Shown piece after piece: positions 34,726-45,081 of a stretch of DNA of 51,437 nucleotides. Within the stretch, counting starts at the first letter, position 1, and every line of letters starts with the position of its first letter. Below the pieces are notes generated by a model. The model did not search any database. It saw nothing but the letters and a program-made list of their open reading frames with translations, and was not told where the DNA came from. The stretch is from a virus (lineage: Duplodnaviria; Caudoviricetes): positions 1-51,437 of the IMG/VR virus record IMGVR_UViG_3300021378_002534, one strand, 5' to 3'. The position numbers were made by a program, and so were the translations under genes.

Positions 34726-36393
34726 TTAGATTGATGTTTTGTAGTATTTAAAAATGTCAAATTCATTTCCAGATATATTACACAAAAGCATTATGCCGCT
34801 GTCTAAGTAAGAAAGCTGGAAGTCTACAGCGTCATCTTGAGATTTGTTATCTATTATTTTAAATAAAGGATAACCAAAGTTTCCAGGCTCTTGTGAGGTT
34901 CCTGTCGGGACTATAGTTATCTTTCTGGATTCTACAGAATAAAAATCCTCCTCTTTTCTGAATTCAAAAGTATAATCAAAAGTTGTGTTTTCCCATTTTC
35001 CGTTTTCGTCTAAGACCATTGAGTTATATTCTGGAGTATCATTAGAGTATGATTCATATATAGGCTTTGTTGTTTGAGGATTATCCTTATCGACAAAGAT
35101 TTTATCTAGCACTCCAGATTCATAGTGTAATACAGAGTCTATTTTCTGTTCTCTAAATTTAATGCTGGCAGAAGATTCAGAGCTATCAATTTTAATTTCT
35201 GTAGAAGCGACTATGTTTTGAGAAGGCTCAATATATTTCTTCATATTTAATGGCCCTATTATATATTCTTCGCCTTCCCCTATAAGTGAATAGGGTTTAA
35301 ATTTCAACCATGTATTTTTGTTGTATTCTAAGCCTAAATCTTCGGCATAACTTTCATAGAAGAGGCTATCTTTTATTTCCGATATCTTTTTTACAAAGGT
35401 AAAACCTTCTAAATCTAAATTGTCTCCCTTGTATTGATAAAGATCAATATGAGAATATTCGGTATATTCAGTTGTATTTAATAAATTAACTTCTAGCTGT
35501 ATTTCTTCTTCTGGTAGTTGTCCAGTTGAATAAGGCAACTTAACTATACCTTTGTTTGTTCTAGCTGGTTCTTTTAAGTGGTCTAGTATGTAGCCGCTAC
35601 CCATGCTGTCCGAATATGTTCCGAAAGGATTACTAAAGTTTTCAGATCCAGATGATATCAAGAACGATCCGTTAGGGCTGTAGTCCATTATGACTAATGA
35701 CCACGCGCCTTCGTTGGAAAAACCTGAAAATTCTGAAGAAAAATCATCGTAACTTACGTATCCAGATAATTCATCAGGATCAAACTCCCACGTTAAATAA
35801 CCTTCCCAAGGGTAGTAAACCCCTTCGTGCAATACTTCTCCAGATGTAGTGTATTTGGATGATGTATTATAGCCAGCAGATTTATACATCTTGCCAGTAT
35901 ATGAGTATCCAGAGGGTTGAAGATTCCCGCTAAAAAATACACCTAAAGACTCTTCGTAGTTCGATGTTCCATTACTATCTGCTGCCTTTATGCCGCTTAT
36001 TTCTAAATTATTTGCATATAAAGACACATATCCAGAAGGGCTATAAACACTTGTTTCGTCTATAACTGTGCCGATAACTCCAAAATCTTTTTTATAATTT
36101 CCAAAAATTAATTCATTACTCCTCTCTGTGAATAACAACTTATTGCTTTGTCCGCTTTGGAAATTTTTTTCTACTATGTTGCCATTTTCATCTGTTATAT
36201 CAAAGATGATTCCATCACAAAAAGAACTTTTCATTATATTTTCTTTGTTGTATAAAATTTCTCCATCTCTATCCATAACATTAAATGTTATTTCTACGTC
36301 TTTTTTTGTATGAACGCCGCTTCCAGATCCTAAAGAAGTTAAATCTTGAGAGTCGTAATCAAAACCTGCTTGGAATTCTTTTATATCTTTCAT
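34726..36393 (-). CDS. Putative tail-associated structural protein, acidic and Ser/Thr-Gly rich
   Basis: Last gene of the tail-tip operon, starting 4 nt after the J stop. Confidence 0.6.
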   Translation of the reverse strand: MKDIKEFQAGFDYDSQDLTSLGSGSGVHTKKDVEITFNVMDRDGEILYNKENIMKSSFCDGIIFDITDENGNIVEKNFQSGQSNKLLFTERSNELIFGNYKKDFGVIGTVIDETSVYSPSGYVSLYANNLEISGIKAADSNGTSNYEESLGVFFSGNLQPSGYSYTGKMYKSAGYNTSSKYTTSGEVLHEGVYYPWEGYLTWEFDPDELSGYVSYDDFSSEFSGFSNEGAWSLVIMDYSPNGSFLISSGSENFSNPFGTYSDSMGSGYILDHLKEPARTNKGIVKLPYSTGQLPEEEIQLEVNLLNTTEYTEYSHIDLYQYKGDNLDLEGFTFVKKISEIKDSLFYESYAEDLGLEYNKNTWLKFKPYSLIGEGEEYIIGPLNMKKYIEPSQNIVASTEIKIDSSESSASIKFREQKIDSVLHYESGVLDKIFVDKDNPQTTKPIYESYSNDTPEYNSMVLDENGKWENTTFDYTFEFRKEEDFYSVESRKITIVPTGTSQEPGNFGYPLFKIIDNKSQDDAVDFQLSYLDSGIMLLCNISGNEFDIFKYYKTSI

Positions 36394-36397
36394 AAAA

Positions 36398-39300
36398 TTA
36401 ATTTATTGTTATTCCGTCTAAAACCGCACCGTCTATTACGGTGTCTTCAGCTATACCTTCTATATTTATAGACGTATAATATATTGGAGAGTCTAGATAA
36501 TGGGTGTAATAATCATCATTATCATACTCGGCTCCAAGTGCTTGCAATGACAATCTATATTGGCCGTTGTTAATTATTTCTTCAAAATCGTAAGATCTTT
36601 CTTGTGTCTCATAATATTCGTATTCCGCCTCAAAGGCAGGTCTAATACCTAATCTATATCCAGTTGCATTTTTTACATTTCTCCAAGTACCTTCTATAGT
36701 TATACTTCCGCCACCTCCAAGAATATTTATCTTTCTAGCCGTCCATGTTACGCCTTCTGGTGTTGCTAATGGAAAGTACCTAGAGCCGTCCACTTCGTAA
36801 TCGCTTGAATAAGGGTCTACAAAAACGCTTTCATCCGAATAGTTTGTTTCTTCTATTTCTCTATACTTCCCGCTTTTGAATTGACTTGCTATAACCTCAT
36901 ATGAGTTATTTTCATTCTCGTTTATTGTTGAAACTTTGTAAACCCTGTCTGCCGTATTTTTTGTTTTAAATCTATATATAGACCCCTTTGGAATCAAAGG
37001 TGTTAATATCGAGCTTTCGTCGTTTTGGTCTACGTATAATGTGTAGCCGATACTTTCTTCGTTGGAGGCTTGTCCAGAAGCTATTTTTATATTTCTTATT
37101 TGTTTTGATTCATTTATTTGAATATCGGCGTCTATTATTGCTCCTTGTGTTTCCCTAAGGTCAAACCATGAATCTGCTAAGTAAACTGCCTCTGAACCTC
37201 TCCCGTTTCCATTTATTTGAAAGTTATACCAGCCATAATTAAGCTCGCTATTGTCGAAATTAGCGAAGTCTTCCGTCCATTCTCCATTTGTTTCCCCGCT
37301 AAAAGCTGATATATATTTATCGTAAGTCTCGGTGTGCGTAAAAGCCTCCCCTGTAGAGAATACCCAACCAGTGTATATGGTAGAATACCACAGGAAGTGC
37401 TTTGTTCCGTTTTCTTCCCCAGTGTAAAAAGCGTACTCATCTCTCAATACTTTTTGATTCAAGCCTTGAAGCTTTTTTTCTCTGAATCCTTCTTTGTAAG
37501 AATCAAATGAATATTTACCTGATAGATTCTTATTGGCAAAGCTTGCTGTACTGTTCCTTATTGTGAAGAAGTCGTGCCTTGATCTATCTTGCAATAATAT
37601 CTCCTCGATATCTTCTATTTGCTGCGAGCCAGTTGGGATATAAACAGTCAAATAACCTTCAAAGTTTTCTTTATCGTAAACATCAGATATCCTTATTGTT
37701 TTATCTTCTTTGTTTACCGATAAAACTTTACCAAAATTACTGGTTAGCGTTTTTAGTTCGTCTTCAATAACAATTAAATCTCCTGGTCTTACAAGTATTC
37801 CTTCTAGACCTGTAGAAAACGAAACATCTTCGTTCTCTTTTGTGGCTTTATAAAGAAGATGGTTTCCGAATCTCCTAGCTTGTGCTCTAGATGTCGTTCC
37901 AAAAGCGTCAACTTTTGTTTTAATTATACCTCTTTCTCTTATGTCTTTTTCGTTTTCTATATATTCTATCTTGGGTTCGTAATCATCTTGAGAATCATTA
38001 TATGCTACTTCTATAGCATTGTATTGCTGATCTTTTAAGGAAGATGAATAATTAAACACACCTTCAATTACGTTAGTGTTAGTAAAAACCATTACTGGTT
38101 CCTTTATTCTGTCGTCAGAAAAAGAAACAACTGAATCTGTAAAATAAAATAGCCCTTTAAAGTTACTTGCTACGAGATTTAGAGCATCATAAATTGTTAT
38201 GTCTCTTTGAAACAAAGTGTTGCATGTGTACCTTGGTTGTCTGCCTCCTTTTTCGGCATTGGCTTGCACTATATTGTCAGACACTCCTTCAAAATACCCC
38301 TTATTGTCTACAGCATCACAGAACCTTGCAATTTTATATAATTGCCATTTATTTACTTGTTCTTCTTCTATTATATCCCCTAAGCCTATTAAAGGATCTG
38401 TTAAAAGGTCGTAGATTATCCAAGCTGGGTTATCTGTCCAGCCTAATTTAAATGTTCCATCCCAATCTCCATCGTAAATCCTTGTCTGATCAGTTTCTGC
38501 TGCTTCTTCTAGGTCAGAAGCACTAAGCCAAAATCTTTTATCTGTTCCTCCAGGATTTAAAGGCGTGTAATTAGACGGTATTTTAACCTTCTTCATTCTA
38601 ACATCGTATGATCTTGATGGTATTTCTCCGAAAGTTCTGGAATCTAATTTTGTTCCTATTACGGCCGAAAAAGGATAATTTAAAGATCTAGGAACAATTT
38701 CCGTAACCTTAGCAACGTTTACTGTTTTTGATATAAGTGTAGAGTTAGACTCTGTGGAGAGCTTTGTTATCCTTACATATCTTTCTTGATAAATCTCTTC
38801 AAATCCATAGTCTTCACTTACTTTTGGGTTGGGTAATTCAAAAGGCTGAATAACAGAACCAGTGAATTCAGACTCTTTGCCTTCTTTGTCTTTGTATAAC
38901 TGTTTAACATAGCTTAATTGAGTTTTGTTATTGATGTTGTCTGGGTTGCCTATATCTACTGCTGCACCTCCTTCAATTAAAGATAGCACTCTGAAAAAAC
39001 GATCATATTCTTTTATAAATTGACCTTTAGAATCCTTGTTTTGTGGCGCTATGTAACCCACTTCCACCCTAAAGTTAACTATAGCTGGCATCTTTGTTCC
39101 TACAATCTTACTTTTATCTAATTTTTTCTCGTCAAGATGTACAGTGTCCCATAAACCTTCTACATTTAATGTAATATAAAAAGATTCGACGTTTGGATTG
39201 TATATAACATGAGTTACTGGTTGTGCTCTTTCGTTATAGTCTTGTTTGTAACTGTTCCAATCTGAAAAGTTAAAATTTCTAAATCCAAGATGCTTAGGGC

Positions 39301-41242
39301 TAGAAGGTCTTTTGTCGCTGCTTCCCTCTTCGACAGATTCAAGCCAGTCATTCTGACCAGTCTCTATATTGATTGCCATCTTTGGTATTGTATTTGGAGC
39401 TGGAATTCCTGTTCGTCCATCTGTATTACTTCTTGAGTTTTGCTCGCTTACAATTAAAGATCTTTGTCTTGGGTAGCCATTTTCATCTACTTTATTACCT
39501 TCTTCGGTGAAGTTCCATAAAGATTGCATTCTTTTAGTTAGATCGACATTAAAAGGTCCTAATAATCTTTTTTGTATATCTCTATCTAAATATATATTTT
39601 TAAAGAAACTCAAAGGTGTTTGTTGTCTAGGCCCTGAGCCGTCTCTATATTCGGCTAACACATTTAAGAAATTGTATTTTGATGCTCCCGCTCCACCGCT
39701 TATTTGAGGCATCTTAAAAATACCAAGATTCTTTGCTTTTTTATAAAATTCAATTTCAGAATTAAGCATTCCAAAACATTTAATTTGTCCCTCTACTATA
39801 ACTACTGTATTTGAATTTACTGATTCTCTTGAGAGTTCTCCTACTTTACTTTTAACTTCTACTCCAATTGAATTTAAATAGAATCCTTTTAATTTTCCAT
39901 TCCATGCGCCTGTAACACTATCCAATACAGGTATTAGCATGTTGATAGTACTTCTGTCTCTTGAGTACCAGTCATAATTGCCATTATAATCTTCCAATAC
40001 AAAATCAAGTTCATTTGATAAAATGGAATCATCTAGTTTGTTTATAAAATCGAATTCATTATCGGAAGTGTAACCATTTAATACATAACTAGGCTTATAT
40101 CTAAAGGCTACGTATGGTTTTGCGAGTTCTTCTTGTGAGGTGGCTGATGAATTGGCTGTTTCAAAGTCTGTAGCTCTACCAAATTTGGATTTTACTTGGG
40201 TAATAAAATTCGTTGAATTAAAACCGCCAGAAGAAATTTTAAATCCATAAGCCTCTAGTTTTTTCTTTAAATATTCCCATTCAAAAGGATTTGAAAGTTT
40301 GTTTACTGATATATCGACAAGATCGTTCAGACCTTTTCTTGCTACCGAATTAGTTTGAGTTTCCTCCCCTGACTCTGTATATATTTTTGTACAGTCAACA
40401 CTCGTATAAGGTGATGGGCAAATTCCTAGGTTGTAAAACTTACTGTAAGTTCTAAACATCTCGTTTTCAATATTGGCCCATGAAGGCGAGTACTCAAGAA
40501 TTAAGTCTTCACCCTCTATTGATTGATTTATTATAGCTCTGTAAGGTGTGCTTTCGTTATAAAACTTTTTGTTTCCAAACATAGGCCACTGATACTTACC
40601 TCCAACCGATGACTCCTTGGTCCATCTTTGGTCTCCAAATTTTTTAGCACCAATGTTTTTAACTTTTTCTCTTCTACCTTTGTGGTAATTAGCTAAACTA
40701 AATTTAGTCCAATACGACATAGGTTTTGAGTTAGAAAAAGATAAGCCAGAGTCAGCTAATACATTGCTTTTAAAATAATATGTTGTGTATTCTAATACAT
40801 CGTTACGCTTACCATATCGATTTTTAACAACACTCATATTTGTTTCAAATGGTTGTTGTCTTCTTGGGTTGTCGAAATTTAAATTTGTTATTGTTGCTAT
40901 TTCTTTCAACCTCGCTAAAGCATCTGTTTCTGCGCCGTGCCCTTCAAAAGCAGAATCTCCAACCTGTATCTTCTCTGTCGAAACCGACTGTTCTATTGGT
41001 GTGCCATTTAAATAAATGCCTTGTAGTAATTGGCTGTTATCAAGCCTAGACCCGAACCTATTACAAAGTCCGTCTATCGGACCTTGACACAACAAATCTA
41101 CAGATTCTGCAAATTGATAAGAAGCCCCAAGTTTATAAGAGCCAACTCTTGGAGGTTTTAATACTGGCGGCTTAGGAGGAGGTGGTTTGCCCCCTCCTTT
41201 TTTTGATCCAGCGTAAGTAAACTTTCTATTTAAATGTTTCAT
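36398..41242 (-). CDS. Tail tip attachment protein/central fibre (lambda gpJ-like)
   Basis: Motifs DLLCQGPIDGL, IYLNGTPI, YPFSA, WDGTFK.GWTDNPAWIIYDLL, PRYTCN, QARRFG and RPGDLI; FnIII-like C-terminus. Confidence 0.93.
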   Translation of the reverse strand: MKHLNRKFTYAGSKKGGGKPPPPKPPVLKPPRVGSYKLGASYQFAESVDLLCQGPIDGLCNRFGSRLDNSQLLQGIYLNGTPIEQSVSTEKIQVGDSAFEGHGAETDALARLKEIATITNLNFDNPRRQQPFETNMSVVKNRYGKRNDVLEYTTYYFKSNVLADSGLSFSNSKPMSYWTKFSLANYHKGRREKVKNIGAKKFGDQRWTKESSVGGKYQWPMFGNKKFYNESTPYRAIINQSIEGEDLILEYSPSWANIENEMFRTYSKFYNLGICPSPYTSVDCTKIYTESGEETQTNSVARKGLNDLVDISVNKLSNPFEWEYLKKKLEAYGFKISSGGFNSTNFITQVKSKFGRATDFETANSSATSQEELAKPYVAFRYKPSYVLNGYTSDNEFDFINKLDDSILSNELDFVLEDYNGNYDWYSRDRSTINMLIPVLDSVTGAWNGKLKGFYLNSIGVEVKSKVGELSRESVNSNTVVIVEGQIKCFGMLNSEIEFYKKAKNLGIFKMPQISGGAGASKYNFLNVLAEYRDGSGPRQQTPLSFFKNIYLDRDIQKRLLGPFNVDLTKRMQSLWNFTEEGNKVDENGYPRQRSLIVSEQNSRSNTDGRTGIPAPNTIPKMAINIETGQNDWLESVEEGSSDKRPSSPKHLGFRNFNFSDWNSYKQDYNERAQPVTHVIYNPNVESFYITLNVEGLWDTVHLDEKKLDKSKIVGTKMPAIVNFRVEVGYIAPQNKDSKGQFIKEYDRFFRVLSLIEGGAAVDIGNPDNINNKTQLSYVKQLYKDKEGKESEFTGSVIQPFELPNPKVSEDYGFEEIYQERYVRITKLSTESNSTLISKTVNVAKVTEIVPRSLNYPFSAVIGTKLDSRTFGEIPSRSYDVRMKKVKIPSNYTPLNPGGTDKRFWLSASDLEEAAETDQTRIYDGDWDGTFKLGWTDNPAWIIYDLLTDPLIGLGDIIEEEQVNKWQLYKIARFCDAVDNKGYFEGVSDNIVQANAEKGGRQPRYTCNTLFQRDITIYDALNLVASNFKGLFYFTDSVVSFSDDRIKEPVMVFTNTNVIEGVFNYSSSLKDQQYNAIEVAYNDSQDDYEPKIEYIENEKDIRERGIIKTKVDAFGTTSRAQARRFGNHLLYKATKENEDVSFSTGLEGILVRPGDLIVIEDELKTLTSNFGKVLSVNKEDKTIRISDVYDKENFEGYLTVYIPTGSQQIEDIEEILLQDRSRHDFFTIRNSTASFANKNLSGKYSFDSYKEGFREKKLQGLNQKVLRDEYAFYTGEENGTKHFLWYSTIYTGWVFSTGEAFTHTETYDKYISAFSGETNGEWTEDFANFDNSELNYGWYNFQINGNGRGSEAVYLADSWFDLRETQGAIIDADIQINESKQIRNIKIASGQASNEESIGYTLYVDQNDESSILTPLIPKGSIYRFKTKNTADRVYKVSTINENENNSYEVIASQFKSGKYREIEETNYSDESVFVDPYSSDYEVDGSRYFPLATPEGVTWTARKINILGGGGSITIEGTWRNVKNATGYRLGIRPAFEAEYEYYETQERSYDFEEIINNGQYRLSLQALGAEYDNDDYYTHYLDSPIYYTSINIEGIAEDTVIDGAVLDGITIN

Positions 41243-41245
41243 TTT

Positions 41246-41905
41246 TTATTGAGGCAGAGAAGCTTCGGATGGTGCTTCAGACTTAGTGTTGTCATTCCTG
41301 AAAGCATTATTTTGCATTGCTTGTAAAGGCAGCACGTTTTGAGGGTATGTTTTTACAGTCCCTTGGATAACTTGAGACCCAACCCTTAACCGACCATAAC
41401 CAATTGGCACAGAAACTCCTTGAGATGCTATGTTTGCCCTGTTTGCAAAAGCAAAAGACTTAGAAAGTGCGTTGACTGTAGATTCGGCTGCTACTGAATC
41501 TGGAAACTCTTGTTTTGGTGCTAACAATAAAGACAATCCAGTTGAAAGGAAAATGCCTCCACCTATAGTTAGGGCTGTTGCCAAAAGTCCTGCTGGGATG
41601 GCAGCTCCAGCTATCAACCCAGCTATACCTACCACAGCAGCGACAACACCTTGACCACAAATCATAGGAACGAAGTCTATTCTTTTAGGTTTCTTGTTTG
41701 ATAGGCTTTTTTTGTCCATTACCGTTTCTCCATCTATGACTAAGCAATAGTTCAAGCCCATCTGAGACAGGCTATTTAATTTTTTTTGAAATCCAGATCT
41801 ATTACATTCTATAGCATCAATAAGCGTATTTATGTTGTCTAAATTTAATTTTAATTCCCCTCCAAATTCCTTGGCTAAAATTCCATGTAATTTTATATTA
41901 GTCAT
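41246..41905 (-). CDS. Tail assembly protein (lambda gpI-like, ubiquitin-like N domain)
   Basis: IKLHGILAKEFG, IDFVPMICG, a hydrophobic Gly/Ala segment, and QGVSVPIGYGRLRVGS. Confidence 0.9.
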   Translation of the reverse strand: MTNIKLHGILAKEFGGELKLNLDNINTLIDAIECNRSGFQKKLNSLSQMGLNYCLVIDGETVMDKKSLSNKKPKRIDFVPMICGQGVVAAVVGIAGLIAGAAIPAGLLATALTIGGGIFLSTGLSLLLAPKQEFPDSVAAESTVNALSKSFAFANRANIASQGVSVPIGYGRLRVGSQVIQGTVKTYPQNVLPLQAMQNNAFRNDNTKSEAPSEASLPQ

Positions 41906-42323
41906 TTATAGAAATGTTGTGTTTTTTTATTTTATTTTCGAACTCTTCAAGTAAATCTAAGTTTGTTTCTGGTTCGTTAGGTCTGTGAATGTAGTATTTT
42001 TTTGTGTTTAATGAATAGATAGAGAACGGTACACAACTATTTTCAGACATTAAAATGTCAAAATCTGAAGGTTCCTCATCTCCTATTAGGTGACTATGAA
42101 AAATAGTTATTACTTCATATTTGTTTTTAAACATTAAATATTGCAAAGGGTCTAAAACAAAGTTATGTCTAGGATCAACAGCTATATTTTTACCTTCTTG
42201 AAATATATATTCTTCATTATGGAAACCTACCAATCCACAAACTTCATTTATAAGAGAACCTTCGCAAAAATTGGCTATATTTTCCAAGGCTTCTTTTATT
42301 GTTTTAAGTTTTTTAGTTTTCAT
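41898..42323 (-). CDS. JAB/MPN metalloprotease (lambda gpK-like, no NlpC/P60 domain)
   Basis: EVCGLV...IFHSH...PSDFD. Confidence 0.9.
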   Translation of the reverse strand: MKTKKLKTIKEALENIANFCEGSLINEVCGLVGFHNEEYIFQEGKNIAVDPRHNFVLDPLQYLMFKNKYEVITIFHSHLIGDEEPSDFDILMSENSCVPFSIYSLNTKKYYIHRPNEPETNLDLLEEFENKIKKHNISIND

Positions 42324-42336
42324 TTTTGTTTATTAA

Positions 42337-44778
42337 CTAAGAGCTAAATCTGTATCCATCAGTTCCAGGAAAACCTCCGAAAGGCAGAGTTCCGAATTCA
42401 CCCTCCACAAGTGTCTCTGCACCTATGTTGGGTGATCTTGGTGTTAAATACTGTAAATCTGCAAAGTCGTAATTAGCTCTTGTAAAAGGAGCTGTGGAAC
42501 TTCCTCCTGCAAAAGGATAATTTTTATCTCTGTAAAGCAAATCGTTTCCATTTTTGTGATCCTTCACATAAAAATCTCCATCTTGCTCAAATGGTTCTTG
42601 CCAAAAATGATAACAGGATTCTAAGATTTTAGTCTCTCTACCTTCTTCTTCTTTAATTAGCGTGTCCCATGTCTTAACTACCTCTACCGCATAATCAGCT
42701 CCCTCTGAAGTTGTATTTTGTTCTGATTTAAGGTTTCCAAGCTGCCCGTTGGTTAAAGATTTTCCCCAAATCCCTACGCTAGCAACCCGCATATCTTGTT
42801 GAGACCACTTAGTCTCATAGTTAGAGGGTACGTCATTAAAACGATCTATATCAACCAAAGAAAAATATTCCCCAGAGCTATCACTTACAGGCATATTAGT
42901 AGTGCCACCAAAAAACACAAATCTATCAGTGTCGGTTGTGATCATGTTTTTAATATAAAAAGTGCTTTGAGATTCTATAAAAACAGATTCTGTTTCTTCA
43001 TTATCGGGGTATGTTAAACAAGACCAATTAGCTCTAAATCTATTTTGGCCATTATGATAATCCTTCCTTAATGAAAATACAAAGTTTTTACTATTCTTTA
43101 TATCATAACCCCCCGAAGGAAGATTTGGCAAACCATTTCTATCCGAAATCCTAAAATAATCATCTGGCTCATTAACCCCTGCGAGTTTGACTCTATGCGT
43201 TTTCTCTGCGCATGTTGTTTCTTCGGCATACGGAGCGAAAGTATTGAACTCCATATATGGAGCTTTTTGTATTCCTATAACAAACTGACGGTGATCTGTT
43301 CCATAACCTACATCTTCTTTCGATGTTTTAAATATAATTTGATCTACATCTTCTTGTATATTTTGCTGGACAGCTTCTTCTGAAATCCCCGACCCTGAAA
43401 TCGCTAGAGGGTACAATTCGTAACGTTGGGGAGGTCCTAAATACTCCACATCCACCAAAACTGTAAACTCTTTAAGTGAATCATTAAGCGTTGACTGTGA
43501 CCATGCATCAGATGAAGAAGCTGTACATGAATTTTGGTTTGACTGGTTCAAATAGAAAGCATTATCATATGTTTCGGAAGCATAGCTTATCGACTCCCCT
43601 GCTAATTGCCTATAGCCCCAACCATTTAAGTTGTATCTAAAAAGACTTTTAGTTAACTCAGCCGAGTCGCTATAATTATCCTTTAATTTAAGATAGCTTT
43701 GGTGGGTAGACTCTTCATAGTTTTGCAGATTCCACATTTGCTGCTCGTAAAAGTCGGTCTCCAAAAATATTCTCTGAGACGAACTCTTAGCAAACCTTTT
43801 CTTACATTGGTTTAATTTCTTACCGCACCCATCTCTGTCCCAAAATTCTGGATTAGTTCTTGGGTCTATGCCCGCCCTCGCAAATTTTCTACATACAAAA
43901 TAAGTTAAAGAAGACCTAAATATACTTGGGTTATTTACGTCTTGTATTCTTACTCTATCGTTTACAATATAAACAAGATGTCCTGGGTTGTAAAATTTTT
44001 GTGGGTCATAAAGGTCTTTCGCATTAGAAAAAATAAAATCTTCTCCGAAATTTTCCATTCCTAGAAAGCTTCTGCCCTCGGCCGTAGCTCTATCTCTACT
44101 GCCTTTGGCTACCTCTACAATCTCCTTGTTTGTTAAGTTGCCTTGATTGCCAACGTCTTTACCATAAGTAAAAGGTTTTCCGTCATCTCTTTCTACTGCT
44201 GTTCCCCTGTAATCACACCCAGATCCTCTATAGTTCCATGGGCAATACTTGGCCAGTACTTTTCTATTAGTGAGGTTTCTTGATTCTATATCTAATGGAG
44301 AAGTTAATTCTAACTCTACAAAAGCTTTATTTTCTTGCCTTTTTTGAGATACAAAATAAATATCGACGGAAATTTCCGCCTTAGGGTCCGACTCTCCCCA
44401 AGGATTACCTAGATCAAAATTATCATCATCAAGAAACTTTAAGAAAGTCCTGCGTCTCTCTACCTTTGCGTTCCTAAAATCTTCGTTATTAGATAGCAGG
44501 TTTGTTAATAGCAAATCTTTATTAGAGATTCTTATTATAGGTCTATTAGGTTTTCCGCTAGAGTTTATTGAAAAACCTTCTGCCTCCATTGGTATAGGGC
44601 TATATAATTCCCCCTGCCAATAAACACCTCCACCAAATACAGAACCATTATGTACGTTTAAATAACTCTTTGGTTTGGTTACCGTATTCGGATATATTCT
44701 GTAAAAATCTATCACAGCTGTAGGCTCCATATCGAAGACAGCTTTCGTTATTTTATCCCTAGACCTTTCTAATCCCAT
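42337..44778 (-). CDS. Minor tail protein (lambda gpL-like) with large insertion
   Basis: Motifs WQGELYSPIP, RRRTFLKFLD, ELTSPLD, CPWNYRGSGC and CGKKLNQCKKRF; terminal LPFGGFPG. Confidence 0.92.
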   Translation of the reverse strand: MGLERSRDKITKAVFDMEPTAVIDFYRIYPNTVTKPKSYLNVHNGSVFGGGVYWQGELYSPIPMEAEGFSINSSGKPNRPIIRISNKDLLLTNLLSNNEDFRNAKVERRRTFLKFLDDDNFDLGNPWGESDPKAEISVDIYFVSQKRQENKAFVELELTSPLDIESRNLTNRKVLAKYCPWNYRGSGCDYRGTAVERDDGKPFTYGKDVGNQGNLTNKEIVEVAKGSRDRATAEGRSFLGMENFGEDFIFSNAKDLYDPQKFYNPGHLVYIVNDRVRIQDVNNPSIFRSSLTYFVCRKFARAGIDPRTNPEFWDRDGCGKKLNQCKKRFAKSSSQRIFLETDFYEQQMWNLQNYEESTHQSYLKLKDNYSDSAELTKSLFRYNLNGWGYRQLAGESISYASETYDNAFYLNQSNQNSCTASSSDAWSQSTLNDSLKEFTVLVDVEYLGPPQRYELYPLAISGSGISEEAVQQNIQEDVDQIIFKTSKEDVGYGTDHRQFVIGIQKAPYMEFNTFAPYAEETTCAEKTHRVKLAGVNEPDDYFRISDRNGLPNLPSGGYDIKNSKNFVFSLRKDYHNGQNRFRANWSCLTYPDNEETESVFIESQSTFYIKNMITTDTDRFVFFGGTTNMPVSDSSGEYFSLVDIDRFNDVPSNYETKWSQQDMRVASVGIWGKSLTNGQLGNLKSEQNTTSEGADYAVEVVKTWDTLIKEEEGRETKILESCYHFWQEPFEQDGDFYVKDHKNGNDLLYRDKNYPFAGGSSTAPFTRANYDFADLQYLTPRSPNIGAETLVEGEFGTLPFGGFPGTDGYRFSS

Positions 44779-44789
44779 ACCATATACCT

Positions 44790-44794
44790 TACAC
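44790..44794 (-). promoter_or_regulatory. GTGTA motif heading the tail-tip operon
   Basis: GTGTA-N11-ATG at 44778. Confidence 0.55.
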
Positions 44795-44877
44795 TAATTT
44801 TTATATACTACAGTTTAAAAGGCATTTTTAAAAAAAATAAATAGATTTTGTATGTTTTTTTCTTACTATAATCTGAA

Positions 44878-45081
44878 ATGAAAAATATCATCTACAGAGT
44901 TAAAGACAAAAAAGGTAAATATCAGCAAAGTTATTCAGCTTCGCTTCCTGATTCATATTCTTGGGCGAAATCCTGTGCGGAATTAACCAGAGGCGAGGTT
45001 TATGAGGATAAGTTAAATGATTTTGGTCTTACTGAGTCTTCTGTTAAAATTTACCCTAAAAAGAGAGATGAAAATCAATAA
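44878..45081 (+). CDS. Hypothetical protein
   Basis: 67 aa; TATAAT at 44867-44872, 5 nt before the ATG. Confidence 0.7.
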   Translation: MKNIIYRVKDKKGKYQQSYSASLPDSYSWAKSCAELTRGEVYEDKLNDFGLTESSVKIYPKKRDENQ

